Positions 1-7,837 are shown, counted from the first letter of the stretch. The stretch: DNA of 23,091 bases from Candidatus Methylomirabilia bacterium (GCA_041497895.1 JBGQHJ010000077.1:1-23091); one strand, 5' to 3'. A program made the numbers and translations. The notes: generated by a model not told the origin, from the sequence alone.

Positions 1-1068
1 CCCGCGGCGCCCGCTCCCGGGCCGGCCGCCGCGGCGGCGCGCGGCATGGCCTCCCTCGCCGCCGCAGCGCCGGCCGCGGCCGACGCCGTCCCGGCCGCCG
101 CGGCGGCCGGCGGCGGCCAGCGTCCGCTCCTGCCGCCCGACGTCCCGCAGCACTTCGTCCCCGCGCACGGCGCGGCGCCCGCCGGCTGTACGCTCTACTA
201 CCAACCGATGCTCTTGGGAGCGGCCCAGGTGCGGGTCACCGACGCCAAGAGCGGCGTCGATGTGAGCCGCGACCTGGTCTATCTGACCGCGATCACCGAC
301 GAGGCGGTGCCGGTGGCGTGGGACCAGGCCTCCGCGGTGGGCTTCGCCACGTCGGACCTGGCCCAGACGCCCGACGGCCAGGCGGGCTTCGCCGAGCTGC
401 CCGCCGCCGCGGGCAAGAAGAAGAGCTACGACGGCTGGAGCAAGGACTTCGCGGCCTGGTTGCTCCAGTCGCAGAAGGTCGAGCTGCTGCGAAGCCCATC
501 GCTGAAGGTCGTCTCGAAGGCGGGCGAGTCCGAGCGTGACTTCCGGGTGCGCCTGCAGGAGTCCACCCGGCAGGAGCGCGACCGCGCGAGCGAGGCCCTG
601 CGCCAGAAGTACGCGCCCAAGGTCGCCGCGCTCCAGGAGCGCCGCCGGCGCGCCGAGCAGGCGGTGGAGCGCGAGAGCGAGCAGGCCAAGCAGCAGGGCA
701 TCCAGACCGCGATCTCGGTCGGCGCCACCATCCTGGGCGCCTTCCTCGGCCGCAAGTCGATCTCCGTCTCCACGATCGGGCGGGCCACCACCGCCGCCCG
801 CGGCGCCGGGCGCGTGCTCAAGGAGACCGAGGACGTGGGCCGCGCGAAGGAGACGGTGGCCGCGGTCGACGAGGCCATCGCCGCGCTCGACGCCCAGTTC
901 AAGGCCGAGGCGGACGCGGCCGGCGCGAGCACCGACCCGCTGACCGAGTCCCTCGAGACCCTCGCGCTCAAGCCCGCGCGGCAGAACATCGCGGTGCGGC
1001 TGGTGGCGCTCGCGTGGGCCCCCTGCTGGCGCGACCGCGCCGGCGCGATCACCCCGGCCTGGGCGTAA
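1..1068 (+). CDS. C-terminal part (5'-truncated by the window) of a large protein with an Ala/Pro linker and coiled coil; resembles the C-terminus of DUF87/HerA-like ATP-binding proteins
   Basis: Frame is open from base 1 (PAAPAPGPAAAAARGM...) to TAA at 1066-1068, with GC3-rich codons. Ala/Pro linker, then a charged coiled coil (RQERDRASEALRQKYAPKVAALQERRRRAEQAVERE) and a hydrophobic/basic segment (TAISVGATILGAFLGRKSISVSTIGRATTAARGAGR). The family call is from recall; no ATPase motif is visible in the window. Confidence 0.6.
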   Translation, partial: PAAPAPGPAAAAARGMASLAAAAPAAADAVPAAAAAGGGQRPLLPPDVPQHFVPAHGAAPAGCTLYYQPMLLGAAQVRVTDAKSGVDVSRDLVYLTAITDEAVPVAWDQASAVGFATSDLAQTPDGQAGFAELPAAAGKKKSYDGWSKDFAAWLLQSQKVELLRSPSLKVVSKAGESERDFRVRLQESTRQERDRASEALRQKYAPKVAALQERRRRAEQAVERESEQAKQQGIQTAISVGATILGAFLGRKSISVSTIGRATTAARGAGRVLKETEDVGRAKETVAAVDEAIAALDAQFKAEADAAGASTDPLTESLETLALKPARQNIAVRLVALAWAPCWRDRAGAITPAWA

Positions 1069-1112
1069 GTCGCCGGTACGACGCGGGGCCTCGAACCGGC
1101 ACGCGTAGCACC

Positions 1113-1379
1113 ATGAAGATGACGCGCGGACTCCGCATCCTCCCCAGCATGGTGTGGGGTCTGCTCACCCTCGCGACGTCGGCGCCCGCAGACTGTGCGT
1201 GGGTGCTGTGGGGGCAAAGTCAGGACCCCTGGGGGGCCCTGGTGAACGTCCGGCTCGGAGGCTGGCCCTCCCGCGAGGCGTGCCAACAGGAGCGCAGCAA
1301 CCGGGAGAAGGAGCCGCCGGCCCTCCGGATGGCGTCCTACTCCTGCCTCCCCGACCCCGTGGAGAAGCCCGAGAAATAG
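1113..1379 (+). CDS. Small secreted hypothetical protein (88 aa) with CAWVLW and CLPD motifs
   Basis: ATG at 1113 (alternatives 1119, 1149) within ORF 1014..1379. Signal-peptide-like N-terminus ending ...LATSAPA-DCAWVLW, three Cys, C-terminal YSCLPDPVEKPEK. Fills the gap between two clear genes. Confidence 0.7.
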   Translation: MKMTRGLRILPSMVWGLLTLATSAPADCAWVLWGQSQDPWGALVNVRLGGWPSREACQQERSNREKEPPALRMASYSCLPDPVEKPEK

Positions 1380-1386
1380 CGGCCTC

Positions 1387-1408
1387 GGTGTATCGTGGTT
1401 GATACACC
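1387..1408. promoter_or_regulatory. Perfect 8-bp inverted repeat directly abutting the thermonuclease start codon (possible operator or hairpin)
   Basis: GGTGTATC-gtggtt-GATACACC at 1387-1408, with ATG at 1409. Confidence 0.45.
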
Positions 1409-1942
1409 ATGCGTGCGCGCGCGCTCGCCGTCCTCCTGGCGCTGGCCTCGCTGCTCGCCGTCGTCTCGCCGTCTCTCTCGGGCCCCTCACCCTACCCTCT
1501 CCCCAGGGGGGAGAGGGATGAAACCGGCACGGTGGTGCGGATCGTCGACGGGGACACCATCTACGTGCGGCTGGCGGGCGGAGTGGAGAAGGTGCGCTAC
1601 ATCGGGATCGACACGCCGGAGGTGCACCATCCCATTCGTGGCGAGGAGCCGGGCGGCCGCGCGGCGACCGAGGTGAACCGGCGGCTCCTCGGCCACGAGC
1701 CGGTGCGGCTCGAGACCGACGTGCAGCTCCGCGACCGCTACGGCCGCCTGCTCGCCTACGTGTGGGTGCGCCGGCCCGACGGCGGCGAGCTGATGGTCAA
1801 CGCGGAGCTGGTGCGCCAGGGCTACGCCGCGGTCATGACGGTGCCGCCCAACGTGCGCCATGCCGAGCTCTTCCGCAAGCTCGCCGCCCTAGCCCGCGAG
1901 CAGCGCCGCGGGCTGTGGGCGGGTATACTGGGCGTCCCATGA
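1409..1942 (+). CDS. Secreted thermonuclease (SNase/micrococcal nuclease family)
   Basis: Signal peptide MRARALAVLLALASLLAVVSPSLS. SNase motifs VVRIVDGDTI, VRYIGIDTPE, DRYGRLLAYVW, VNAELVRQGYA and AREQRRGLW. Confidence 0.95.
   Translation: MRARALAVLLALASLLAVVSPSLSGPSPYPLPRGERDETGTVVRIVDGDTIYVRLAGGVEKVRYIGIDTPEVHHPIRGEEPGGRAATEVNRRLLGHEPVRLETDVQLRDRYGRLLAYVWVRRPDGGELMVNAELVRQGYAAVMTVPPNVRHAELFRKLAALAREQRRGLWAGILGVP
1482..1517 (+). repeat. 36-nt REP-like palindromic element, copy 1 (in-frame within the thermonuclease)
   Basis: GCCCCTCACCCTACCCTCTCCCCAGGGGGGAGAGGG, with a 10-bp stem CCCTCTCCCC/GGGGAGAGGG and 3-nt loop. 35/36 identical to the reverse complement of 20900-20935. Confidence 0.9.
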
Positions 1943-2979
1943 AGATCGGCGCCGTCGACGTTCCCGCGCTGGCCCGCCTGGCCCCCATGGCCGGCATCAC
2001 CAACGCGCCCTTCCGCCTCCTCGCGCGCGAGTGCGGCAGCGGGCTCACCACCTCGGAGGAGATGGACGCGGCCGCGCTGCTGACCGGGCACCCGCACGCC
2101 GACGCCATCGCGGCCTACTATCCCGCGGAGCGGCCGCTCGCGATGCAGCTCCTCGGCAAGGATCCCGACCTGCTCGGCCGCGCGGCCGAGCGCTGCCAGG
2201 TCTTGGGCGCCGACATCGTGGACCTCAACATGGGCTGCCCCATGCCCAAGATCACCGGCAAGGGCAAGGGGGCCGCGCTCATGCGGGACGTCGCGGCGGC
2301 CTCGCGCATCCTGCGCGCGCTCCGCAAGGCGGTGAGCGTACCCCTCACCGTCAAGATCCGTGGCGGCTGGGACGACGAGCACCTGAACGCGGTCGAGGTC
2401 GCCCAGATGGCGGAGGCGGAGGGCGTGAACGCGATCACGGTGCACCCGCGCACCCGCTCGCAGCGCTTCACCGGCCGCGCACCGTGGACCATCATTCGAG
2501 ACGTCGTGGAGGCGGTCTCGGTGCCGGTCACCGGCAACGGCGACGTGGGCTCGATGGCGGAGGCGCGGCGCATGGCCACCGAGACCGGCTGCGCCTCGGT
2601 CATGATCGGCCGCGGGGCGCTCGGGAGCCCCTGGATCTTCGACGAGGCTTTCGAGGCCCTCTCGCCCGAGGGCCGGCGCGTCTACAAGGCCCGGACCATC
2701 GCGCGGCACGTGGCCCTGATCCGCGAGCACTTCCGGGAGAAGTACGCGCTGATCCAGATGAAGAAACACCTCGCGTGGTACACGGAGGGGCTCGGACACG
2801 CCACCGAGTGCCGCGCCCGCATCTTCCAGACGCGCAGTCCCGAGGAGACGTGGGAGGTCTTCCAGACCTACTGGGATCGCCCTGCAATCGGTCGCACGGA
2901 ATGTGAACTCGGTGTGCGCGATCCTGCAATCGCGTGCACGCCCCACGATAGGGAATCTGTCGGAAACACTGGCGTCTGA
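1939..2979 (+). CDS. dusB: tRNA-dihydrouridine synthase (DusB/NifR3 family)
   Basis: Motifs LAPMAGITN, DLNMGCP (catalytic Cys), GAALM, TVKIRGGWD, TVHPRT, GNGDV, VMIGRGALGSPW and KKHLAWY. ATG at 1939 overlaps the nuclease stop (ATGA). Confidence 0.92.
   Translation: MKIGAVDVPALARLAPMAGITNAPFRLLARECGSGLTTSEEMDAAALLTGHPHADAIAAYYPAERPLAMQLLGKDPDLLGRAAERCQVLGADIVDLNMGCPMPKITGKGKGAALMRDVAAASRILRALRKAVSVPLTVKIRGGWDDEHLNAVEVAQMAEAEGVNAITVHPRTRSQRFTGRAPWTIIRDVVEAVSVPVTGNGDVGSMAEARRMATETGCASVMIGRGALGSPWIFDEAFEALSPEGRRVYKARTIARHVALIREHFREKYALIQMKKHLAWYTEGLGHATECRARIFQTRSPEETWEVFQTYWDRPAIGRTECELGVRDPAIACTPHDRESVGNTGV
2881..2940 (+). repeat. Pair of 18-nt direct repeats 42 bp apart (candidate enhancer/UAS sites)
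   Basis: CCTGCAATCGgtcGCACG (2881-2898) and CCTGCAATCGcgtGCACG (2923-2940), 15/18 identical, each with a TGCA-N6-YGCA core. Confidence 0.6.
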
Positions 2980-2993
2980 TCCGCCCTCCGGTT

Positions 2994-3009
2994 CGGCATC
3001 GCCCTTGCT
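2994..3009 (+). promoter_or_regulatory. sigma54 (-24/-12) promoter of the PEP-CTERM gene
   Basis: CGGCATCGCCCTTGCT has GG-N10-GC spacing with TTGC and is close to the TGGCAC-N5-TTGC consensus. SD GGAGGA at 3044-3049, ATG at 3058. Confidence 0.7.
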
Positions 3010-3057
3010 CTCCAAGGCGGTCCCCAATCTGACTTCCGCCGCTGGAGGAATGCAACC

Positions 3058-3921
3058 ATGACGAGCCGTGCGGTCACCGTGATCCTGACGATCGCGCTCC
3101 TGGCGTGGGTGGGGCCGGCGGGCGCCACGCCCTTCTTCTTCAGCACTGGAGATGTCGACGGCAAGATCGGAACCGCGTCCCGCCCGTCGAGCGCGGGCAA
3201 GGTCGAGATCGAGACCGGCGACGACTTCGTGGTGAGCGGCGGGACCCTCAATCTGACCAGCGCTACCTTCCAGGGCCTGCTGCCGAGCGCCTCCCCCCTG
3301 AGCAACGTCTCGCAGGTGGTGGTGGAGATCTACCGTGTCTTCCCCAGGGACTCGAACGATCCCCCGTCCGGCAACGTGCCCACCCGGGTGAACTCACCCT
3401 CCGACGTCGCGTTCGCCTCGGGGGACAGCAGCGCGGGCACCCTGACCTTCCTGCCGGGCATCGGGGCCGCGAGCTTCACCACCGCGAACTCGGTTCTGAA
3501 CGGGATCAACAAGTCTCCCAACCAGACCACGCTCGGCGAGGGGCCGATGACCGGCGAGCGGGTGCAGTTCAACGTCGTCTTCACGACCCCGATCTCCCTG
3601 CCCGCCGACCACTACTTCTTCGTGCCCCAGGTGCAGCTCGGCAGCGGCGACTTCTTCTGGCTCTCCGCGCCCCGTCCGATCGTGGCGCCCGGCACGTCCT
3701 TCGCGCCGGACCTGCAGAGCTGGATCCGCAACGAGAATCTTGATCCGGACTGGCTGAGGATCGGCACCGACATCGTGAGCGGCACCACGTTCAATGCCGC
3801 GTTTACCCTCAGCGGTGACCTGGAGCTGGAGCCGGTGCCGGAGCCGGCCACCCTGGCGCTGCTCGGCACGACGATGGCCGGGCTCGGCGCCGCGGTCTGG
3901 AGACGGCGCCGGGAGCGGTAG
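3058..3921 (+). CDS. PEP-CTERM sorting-domain surface protein
   Basis: N-terminal signal peptide (…AWVGPAGA-TP), Ser/Thr/Gly/Asn-rich body, and C-terminal VPEPATLALLGTTMAGLGAAVWRRRRER (PEP motif, TM helix, basic tail). Strong SD. Confidence 0.95.
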   Translation: MTSRAVTVILTIALLAWVGPAGATPFFFSTGDVDGKIGTASRPSSAGKVEIETGDDFVVSGGTLNLTSATFQGLLPSASPLSNVSQVVVEIYRVFPRDSNDPPSGNVPTRVNSPSDVAFASGDSSAGTLTFLPGIGAASFTTANSVLNGINKSPNQTTLGEGPMTGERVQFNVVFTTPISLPADHYFFVPQVQLGSGDFFWLSAPRPIVAPGTSFAPDLQSWIRNENLDPDWLRIGTDIVSGTTFNAAFTLSGDLELEPVPEPATLALLGTTMAGLGAAVWRRRRER

Positions 3922-3928
3922 TCGCGCG

Positions 3929-5029
3929 CTACTGGGACCGGCCGCGCCCGGAGATCTCCCAGACCGCCTCGACGGTGTCGCCCCGCATCGCGTAGATCCG
4001 GTCGTAGAGGTTGATGGTCGGATCGCAGTGTGGCGGGAAGAACTCGATGAGCTGCCCGAGCTTCGGCAGCCGCTCCGGCTCCGCGGTCGTGAGCCGCCCG
4101 TGCTCGTCGCCGGCCCAGGAGTACTCCACGCCCGGCCACTCCACCGCCTCCGGCACGAAGGGCCGGTCGGTGGAAAAGGCCTTGAAGCCGCCGTCCACCA
4201 TCGCCATCTCCTGGCTCGGCACGCTCACCACCGTGGTGAGCACGGTGAGCGCCATCTCGAACTCGTCGTAGGCCGCCCCGCGCGGGCTGCCGATGCGGCG
4301 GTAGTCGAGGTCCATCACGCAGTAGGAGCCGGACTGCAGCTCGGTCATCCCCTCGAGCTCGCTGTCGATGTTGAAGGTGCCGCTCGAGCCGCCGGTCACG
4401 ATGTCCACCGCCATGCCGTGCTTCTCGAACAGCTCGCGCGTCTTCATGAGCCGCCCCATCCAGCGCCGCGAGGTGCGCCGCCGCTCCTCGAAGCCCATCA
4501 CATGCGCGCAGTGACCCGCGTAGCCCTGCAGCCCGCGCAGGTGGAGAGACGGCTGCGCCATCACCTGGCGGCCCAGGTCGCGGGCGGGCTCGCCCGGCTG
4601 GATGCCGGTACGCCGGCCGCCCACGTCCACGTCCACCAGCACGTTGAGCACGAGCCCGGCCTTGGCCATCGCGTCGCCCAGCTCGCGCACGTTGTCGGGG
4701 TGGTCGACCACCACCAGCGTCTCGGGCTGCCGCCGGAGGACGCCCACGAGCCGCCCGATCTTCTCCGGGCCCACCACCTCGGTCGTGATCAAGAGGTTGC
4801 GCACGCCCGCGGCCGCCATCACCTCGGCCTCGCCCACCTTGGCCACGCAGACGCCGACCGCGCCGGCCGTGATCTGGCGACGGGCGATCTCGGGGCACTT
4901 GTGGGTCTTGGCGTGGGGGCGGAGCTTCTTGCCGGCGGCCTTCACGTGGGCCGCCATCTTCTGGATGTTCCGCTCGAAGCGATCGAGGTCCAGCAGCAGC
5001 GCGGGAGTGGGGATCAGGGCGCGATTCAT
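3929..5029 (-). CDS. DSD1 / D-threonine aldolase family PLP-dependent enzyme (alanine-racemase-like fold III)
   Basis: Start MNRALIPTPALLLD at 5029. Motifs LRPHAKTHKC (PLP lysine), GLQGYAGH, GGSSGT, ELQSGSY, DEHG and HCDPTINLYD (metal-binding H/C). Confidence 0.9.
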   Translation of the reverse strand: MNRALIPTPALLLDLDRFERNIQKMAAHVKAAGKKLRPHAKTHKCPEIARRQITAGAVGVCVAKVGEAEVMAAAGVRNLLITTEVVGPEKIGRLVGVLRRQPETLVVVDHPDNVRELGDAMAKAGLVLNVLVDVDVGGRRTGIQPGEPARDLGRQVMAQPSLHLRGLQGYAGHCAHVMGFEERRRTSRRWMGRLMKTRELFEKHGMAVDIVTGGSSGTFNIDSELEGMTELQSGSYCVMDLDYRRIGSPRGAAYDEFEMALTVLTTVVSVPSQEMAMVDGGFKAFSTDRPFVPEAVEWPGVEYSWAGDEHGRLTTAEPERLPKLGQLIEFFPPHCDPTINLYDRIYAMRGDTVEAVWEISGRGRSQ

Positions 5030-5087
5030 GGCGGGGGGAGCATACCACGCGCCGCGACGGGCCCCCCGCGCCCGGCGCGGCCGGGGA

Positions 5088-5600
5088 TCAGCTGAGCGGC
5101 GGCGCCCACTGGCTACGGAAGACCTGGACGCGCCCTTGCGCCAGATCGTCGCCCGAGCGCGCGGCCAGGTCGGTGGCCACCGCGAGGGCCTGCTGCACGA
5201 CCTCGCGGTCGCCGAGGCGGCCGAAGGCCTCGCCGACCGCGAGCACGCCGTCGAGCGAGGCATGCCGCCGCGCGCGGAGTAGCGCGGTCAGGTAGACTCG
5301 CCGGGCGCGGCCCTCGTAGAGGGCGGTCTCGCCCGTGGCGCGACCCAGCCGGAGGGCCGCGTCGCCGACCGCCAGCATGCCGGGCCACCCGCGGCCGACG
5401 TGGGCCGCGGCGTAGGCTTCGCGCCACGAGGCCTGGGCCCCCGGCACGTCACCCCGCGCGAGGGCCCCGTCCATGGCCCGGAGCCGGGCGGCCCAGTCGG
5501 TGGACGCGGACTCGGCGGAGGCGCTCGGGATGGTCGGCAGCGCGACCGCGGTCACCAGGAGGAACAGGAGGAGCAGCGCGATCTGGGTCCGGTGTCTCAT
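5088..5600 (-). CDS. Secreted/membrane-anchored alpha-helical hypothetical protein (170 aa)
   Basis: SD GAGGAGG 5 nt before the ATG at 5600. Signal peptide MRHRTQIALLLLFLLVTAVALPTIPSASA, then an Ala/Arg-rich helical (TPR-like) body. Confidence 0.75.
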   Translation of the reverse strand: MRHRTQIALLLLFLLVTAVALPTIPSASAESASTDWAARLRAMDGALARGDVPGAQASWREAYAAAHVGRGWPGMLAVGDAALRLGRATGETALYEGRARRVYLTALLRARRHASLDGVLAVGEAFGRLGDREVVQQALAVATDLAARSGDDLAQGRVQVFRSQWAPPLS

Positions 5601-5640
5601 GGCAGCCTCCTCGTCGTGATCGGCATCCGCCGGGGAGGCA

Positions 5641-5656
5641 AGCACCGGACATGCCA
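5641..5656 (-). promoter_or_regulatory. sigma54 (-24/-12) promoter of the 5088..5600 gene
   Basis: Minus strand reads TGGCATGTCCGGTGCT: TGGCA with exact GG-N10-GC spacing, 40 nt upstream of the ATG. Confidence 0.7.
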
Positions 5657-5770
5657 GTGGTCAAATATCGAGAAATGTTGCGGAAGTCTTCGACCACCGA
5701 CGCGAGCTCGACGGGCATGTCGCCCGACAGTGGCAGAATGCCTGACACCCGGGGGCTGGCCGCGGTGTGT

Positions 5771-6571
5771 ATGATGGGCCGCTTGAGCCCTCTGATCGCC
5801 GTCGTCGCGTGCGCGCTCCTCGGTCTGTGGCCGGTGGCGGCCCTCGCCCAGGACATCAATCCCGACCGACCGGATCTCACCACGAGCGCCGAGCTCGTGC
5901 CCGCGGGTGCGCTGCAGCTCGAGACCGGCCTCGAGTACGAGCGCGAGCGGATCGGCGGGGGCCCCACCCGGCAGCAGCTCACCGTGCAGGCGGCCCTGCG
6001 CGCCGGCCTGCTGGCCGGGCTCGAGGTCTCGCTGGAGGGCGAGCCCTTCGTGTGGCAGCGCGCCGGCGACGACGAGCACGGCAGCGGTGACTACACCCTC
6101 GCGCTCAAGTACCGGCTCTACGCCCCGCCCGAGGACAGCGGCACGCCGACGGTGGCGCTCGCCCTCAGGCCGTTCGTGAAGCTGCCGGTCGCGCGGGCCC
6201 CCATCGGCAGCGAGCGGCCGGATGCGGGCGCGCTGCTCCTGGCGAGCCTGGGGCTGCCGTGGGGACTCGGCCTCGACCTGAACGCCGGCGCGGCCGCGAT
6301 CGGGCAGACGCGCCCGGAAGGCTTCATCCCGCAGGGGGTGGCGTCGGCCTCGTTCTCGTGGGCGGCGACCGAGCGCTTCGCCACGATCGCGGATTTCTTC
6401 TTCGCCACGAAGGAGGAGCGCGACGGCCGCGCGAGCCTGCGCGCGACGCTGGCGGTGGTCTACAAGCTGACGTCGCGCCTGGCCCTCGACGCCGGGATGC
6501 GCACCACGCTCGCCGGCCCCGGCCCCGACTGGTCGGCCTTCGTCGGCCTGAGCGCCCGCTTCGGGCGCTGA
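5771..6571 (+). CDS. Outer-membrane beta-barrel 'transporter' (Phenol_MetA_deg-like family)
   Basis: Signal peptide ending ...VAALA-QD, followed by the family-like N-terminus INPDRPDLTTSAELVPAGALQLETG. Alternating beta-strand pattern with a C-terminal FVGLSARF. Start uncertain (ATG 5771, ATG 5774 or TTG 5783). Confidence 0.8.
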   Translation: MMGRLSPLIAVVACALLGLWPVAALAQDINPDRPDLTTSAELVPAGALQLETGLEYERERIGGGPTRQQLTVQAALRAGLLAGLEVSLEGEPFVWQRAGDDEHGSGDYTLALKYRLYAPPEDSGTPTVALALRPFVKLPVARAPIGSERPDAGALLLASLGLPWGLGLDLNAGAAAIGQTRPEGFIPQGVASASFSWAATERFATIADFFFATKEERDGRASLRATLAVVYKLTSRLALDAGMRTTLAGPGPDWSAFVGLSARFGR

Positions 6572-6583
6572 GACCGCCCCCCG

Positions 6584-7039
6584 TCACGAGGGCTCGATGC
6601 TCACCTGATCGGACAGCTCGTTGACGTCGCCGCGCCGGCGCGGGAAGTGCCGGGCCAGGACCGCGCCCACCTCGGCCACCGCGTGCAGCAGCCCGTCGCG
6701 CGGACGCTCCTCCCGGAAGTGCGCGAGCACCGCCTCGACCAGCCGCTCCCAGTAGGCCTGCCCGACCCGCTCGTGAATGCCCTGGTCGCCGATCACCGCC
6801 AGCTTGTGGTCGCTCACGCTCACGTAGATCAGCACGCCGTGGCGGGCGGCGGTCCGGTGCATGCCAAGGCGCTCGAAGACCGCCACCGCCCGCGGCAGGG
6901 CCTCTCCGGTACAGTGGTGATCGAGGTGCACCCGGATCTCGGCGGAGGTGCGCGCCTCTGCCGCCGCGATGGCCTGTGCCACCGCCGCGAGGTCGGCCTC
7001 ACCGAGAAAGCCGCGTACCCACCGAGGATGTCGCGCCAT
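6584..7039 (-). CDS. TPM-domain protein (short, soluble type)
   Basis: MARHPRW... start overlaps the upstream stop (TGATG). Motifs IAAAEARTSAEIRV, GVLIYVS, VIGDQGIH and FPRRRGDVNELSD. Confidence 0.9.
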   Translation of the reverse strand: MARHPRWVRGFLGEADLAAVAQAIAAAEARTSAEIRVHLDHHCTGEALPRAVAVFERLGMHRTAARHGVLIYVSVSDHKLAVIGDQGIHERVGQAYWERLVEAVLAHFREERPRDGLLHAVAEVGAVLARHFPRRRGDVNELSDQVSIEPS

Positions 7040-7815
7040 CACCAGCTCCCACTCGAGCCGCCGCCGCCGAAGCTGCCGCCGCCCCCGCTGAACCCGCCGC
7101 CGCTGCTGCCGCCCCCACCGCCCCATCCCCCCCCGAGGCCGCCCCCGCCGATGAAGGGCCCGCCCCAGCCGGTCGATCCGCCGGTCCACCCGCGGCGCCG
7201 CAGCGCCGCCCGCTGCATGCGGTTCGTCACGAGGGCGACGATCAGGAAGAAGACGAACAGGAGCGCGAGCAGCTCCCGCCCGCCGATCTCGCCCTGCCGC
7301 CGGCCCTTCCCCGCGTCGGGCGGGCGGACGTAGGTGCCGGCGATGGCGCGGTCGATCGCGTCGAGACCGGCCCCGATGCCGTCGGCGACCTGGCCCGCGC
7401 GAAAGCGCGGCGCGACGACATCTCGAAGAATGGAGGACGAGACCGCGTCGGTCAGGCTGCCCTCGAGCCCGTAGCCCACCTCGATGCGCATCTTCCGATC
7501 GTCGAGGAACACCAGGAAGATGACGCCGTTGTCGAGGCCCTTCTGGCCGATCCGCCAGGCCTGGGCGAGCCGGATCGAGTAGTCCTCGAGGCTCTCGCCC
7601 TCGAGCGAGCGGAAGATCGCCACCACCACCTGGTTGCGGCTGGTGGCCTCGCGCGCGATCAGGGCCTGCTCGAGCCGGTCGCGGTCGGCGGGGGTGAGCG
7701 CGCCTGCGTAGTCGTTGATCCGCCGGTCTGGCGGCGGCGGGATACGCAGGGCCGCCGCGGCTGGAGCGGCGAGCAGGACCAGCAGCAGCAGCGCGGGCGC
7801 GACGCGGCGGAGCAC
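7039..7815 (-). CDS. TPM-domain protein (YgcG-like) with TM helix and Gly-rich tail
   Basis: GTG start with SD GGGAGG. Signal peptide; motifs INDYAGAL, WRIGQKGLDNGV and RIEVGYGLEG; TM helix; C-terminal GGFSGGGGSFGGGGSSGSW. Confidence 0.93.
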   Translation of the reverse strand: MLRRVAPALLLLVLLAAPAAAALRIPPPPDRRINDYAGALTPADRDRLEQALIAREATSRNQVVVAIFRSLEGESLEDYSIRLAQAWRIGQKGLDNGVIFLVFLDDRKMRIEVGYGLEGSLTDAVSSSILRDVVAPRFRAGQVADGIGAGLDAIDRAIAGTYVRPPDAGKGRRQGEIGGRELLALLFVFFLIVALVTNRMQRAALRRRGWTGGSTGWGGPFIGGGGLGGGWGGGGGSSGGGFSGGGGSFGGGGSSGSW

Positions 7816-7837
7816 GATCCTCCCGCCCGTCGCGCCG

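Noticed and set aside
1..1942. Possible HerA-like ATPase plus nuclease anti-phage system
   Set aside because: The nuclease has a signal peptide and is an ordinary SNase. The ATPase identity cannot be confirmed from the visible fragment, and there is no defence-island context.
2958..2974. TGTCGG-N5-CTGGCG resembling the dyad at 5731-5747 as a shared bEBP site
   Set aside because: Only 10/17 matches, and it is too close to the -24 element to be a typical enhancer.
5066..5080. GC hairpin (and the C6G6 palindrome at 19153-19164) as terminators
   Set aside because: Short stems with no U-tract, expected by chance at this GC content.
7039..7190. GCC/CCG-rich tandem-like repeats
   Set aside because: They encode the normal Gly-rich tail of YgcG-type TPM proteins; not a CRISPR or VNTR.
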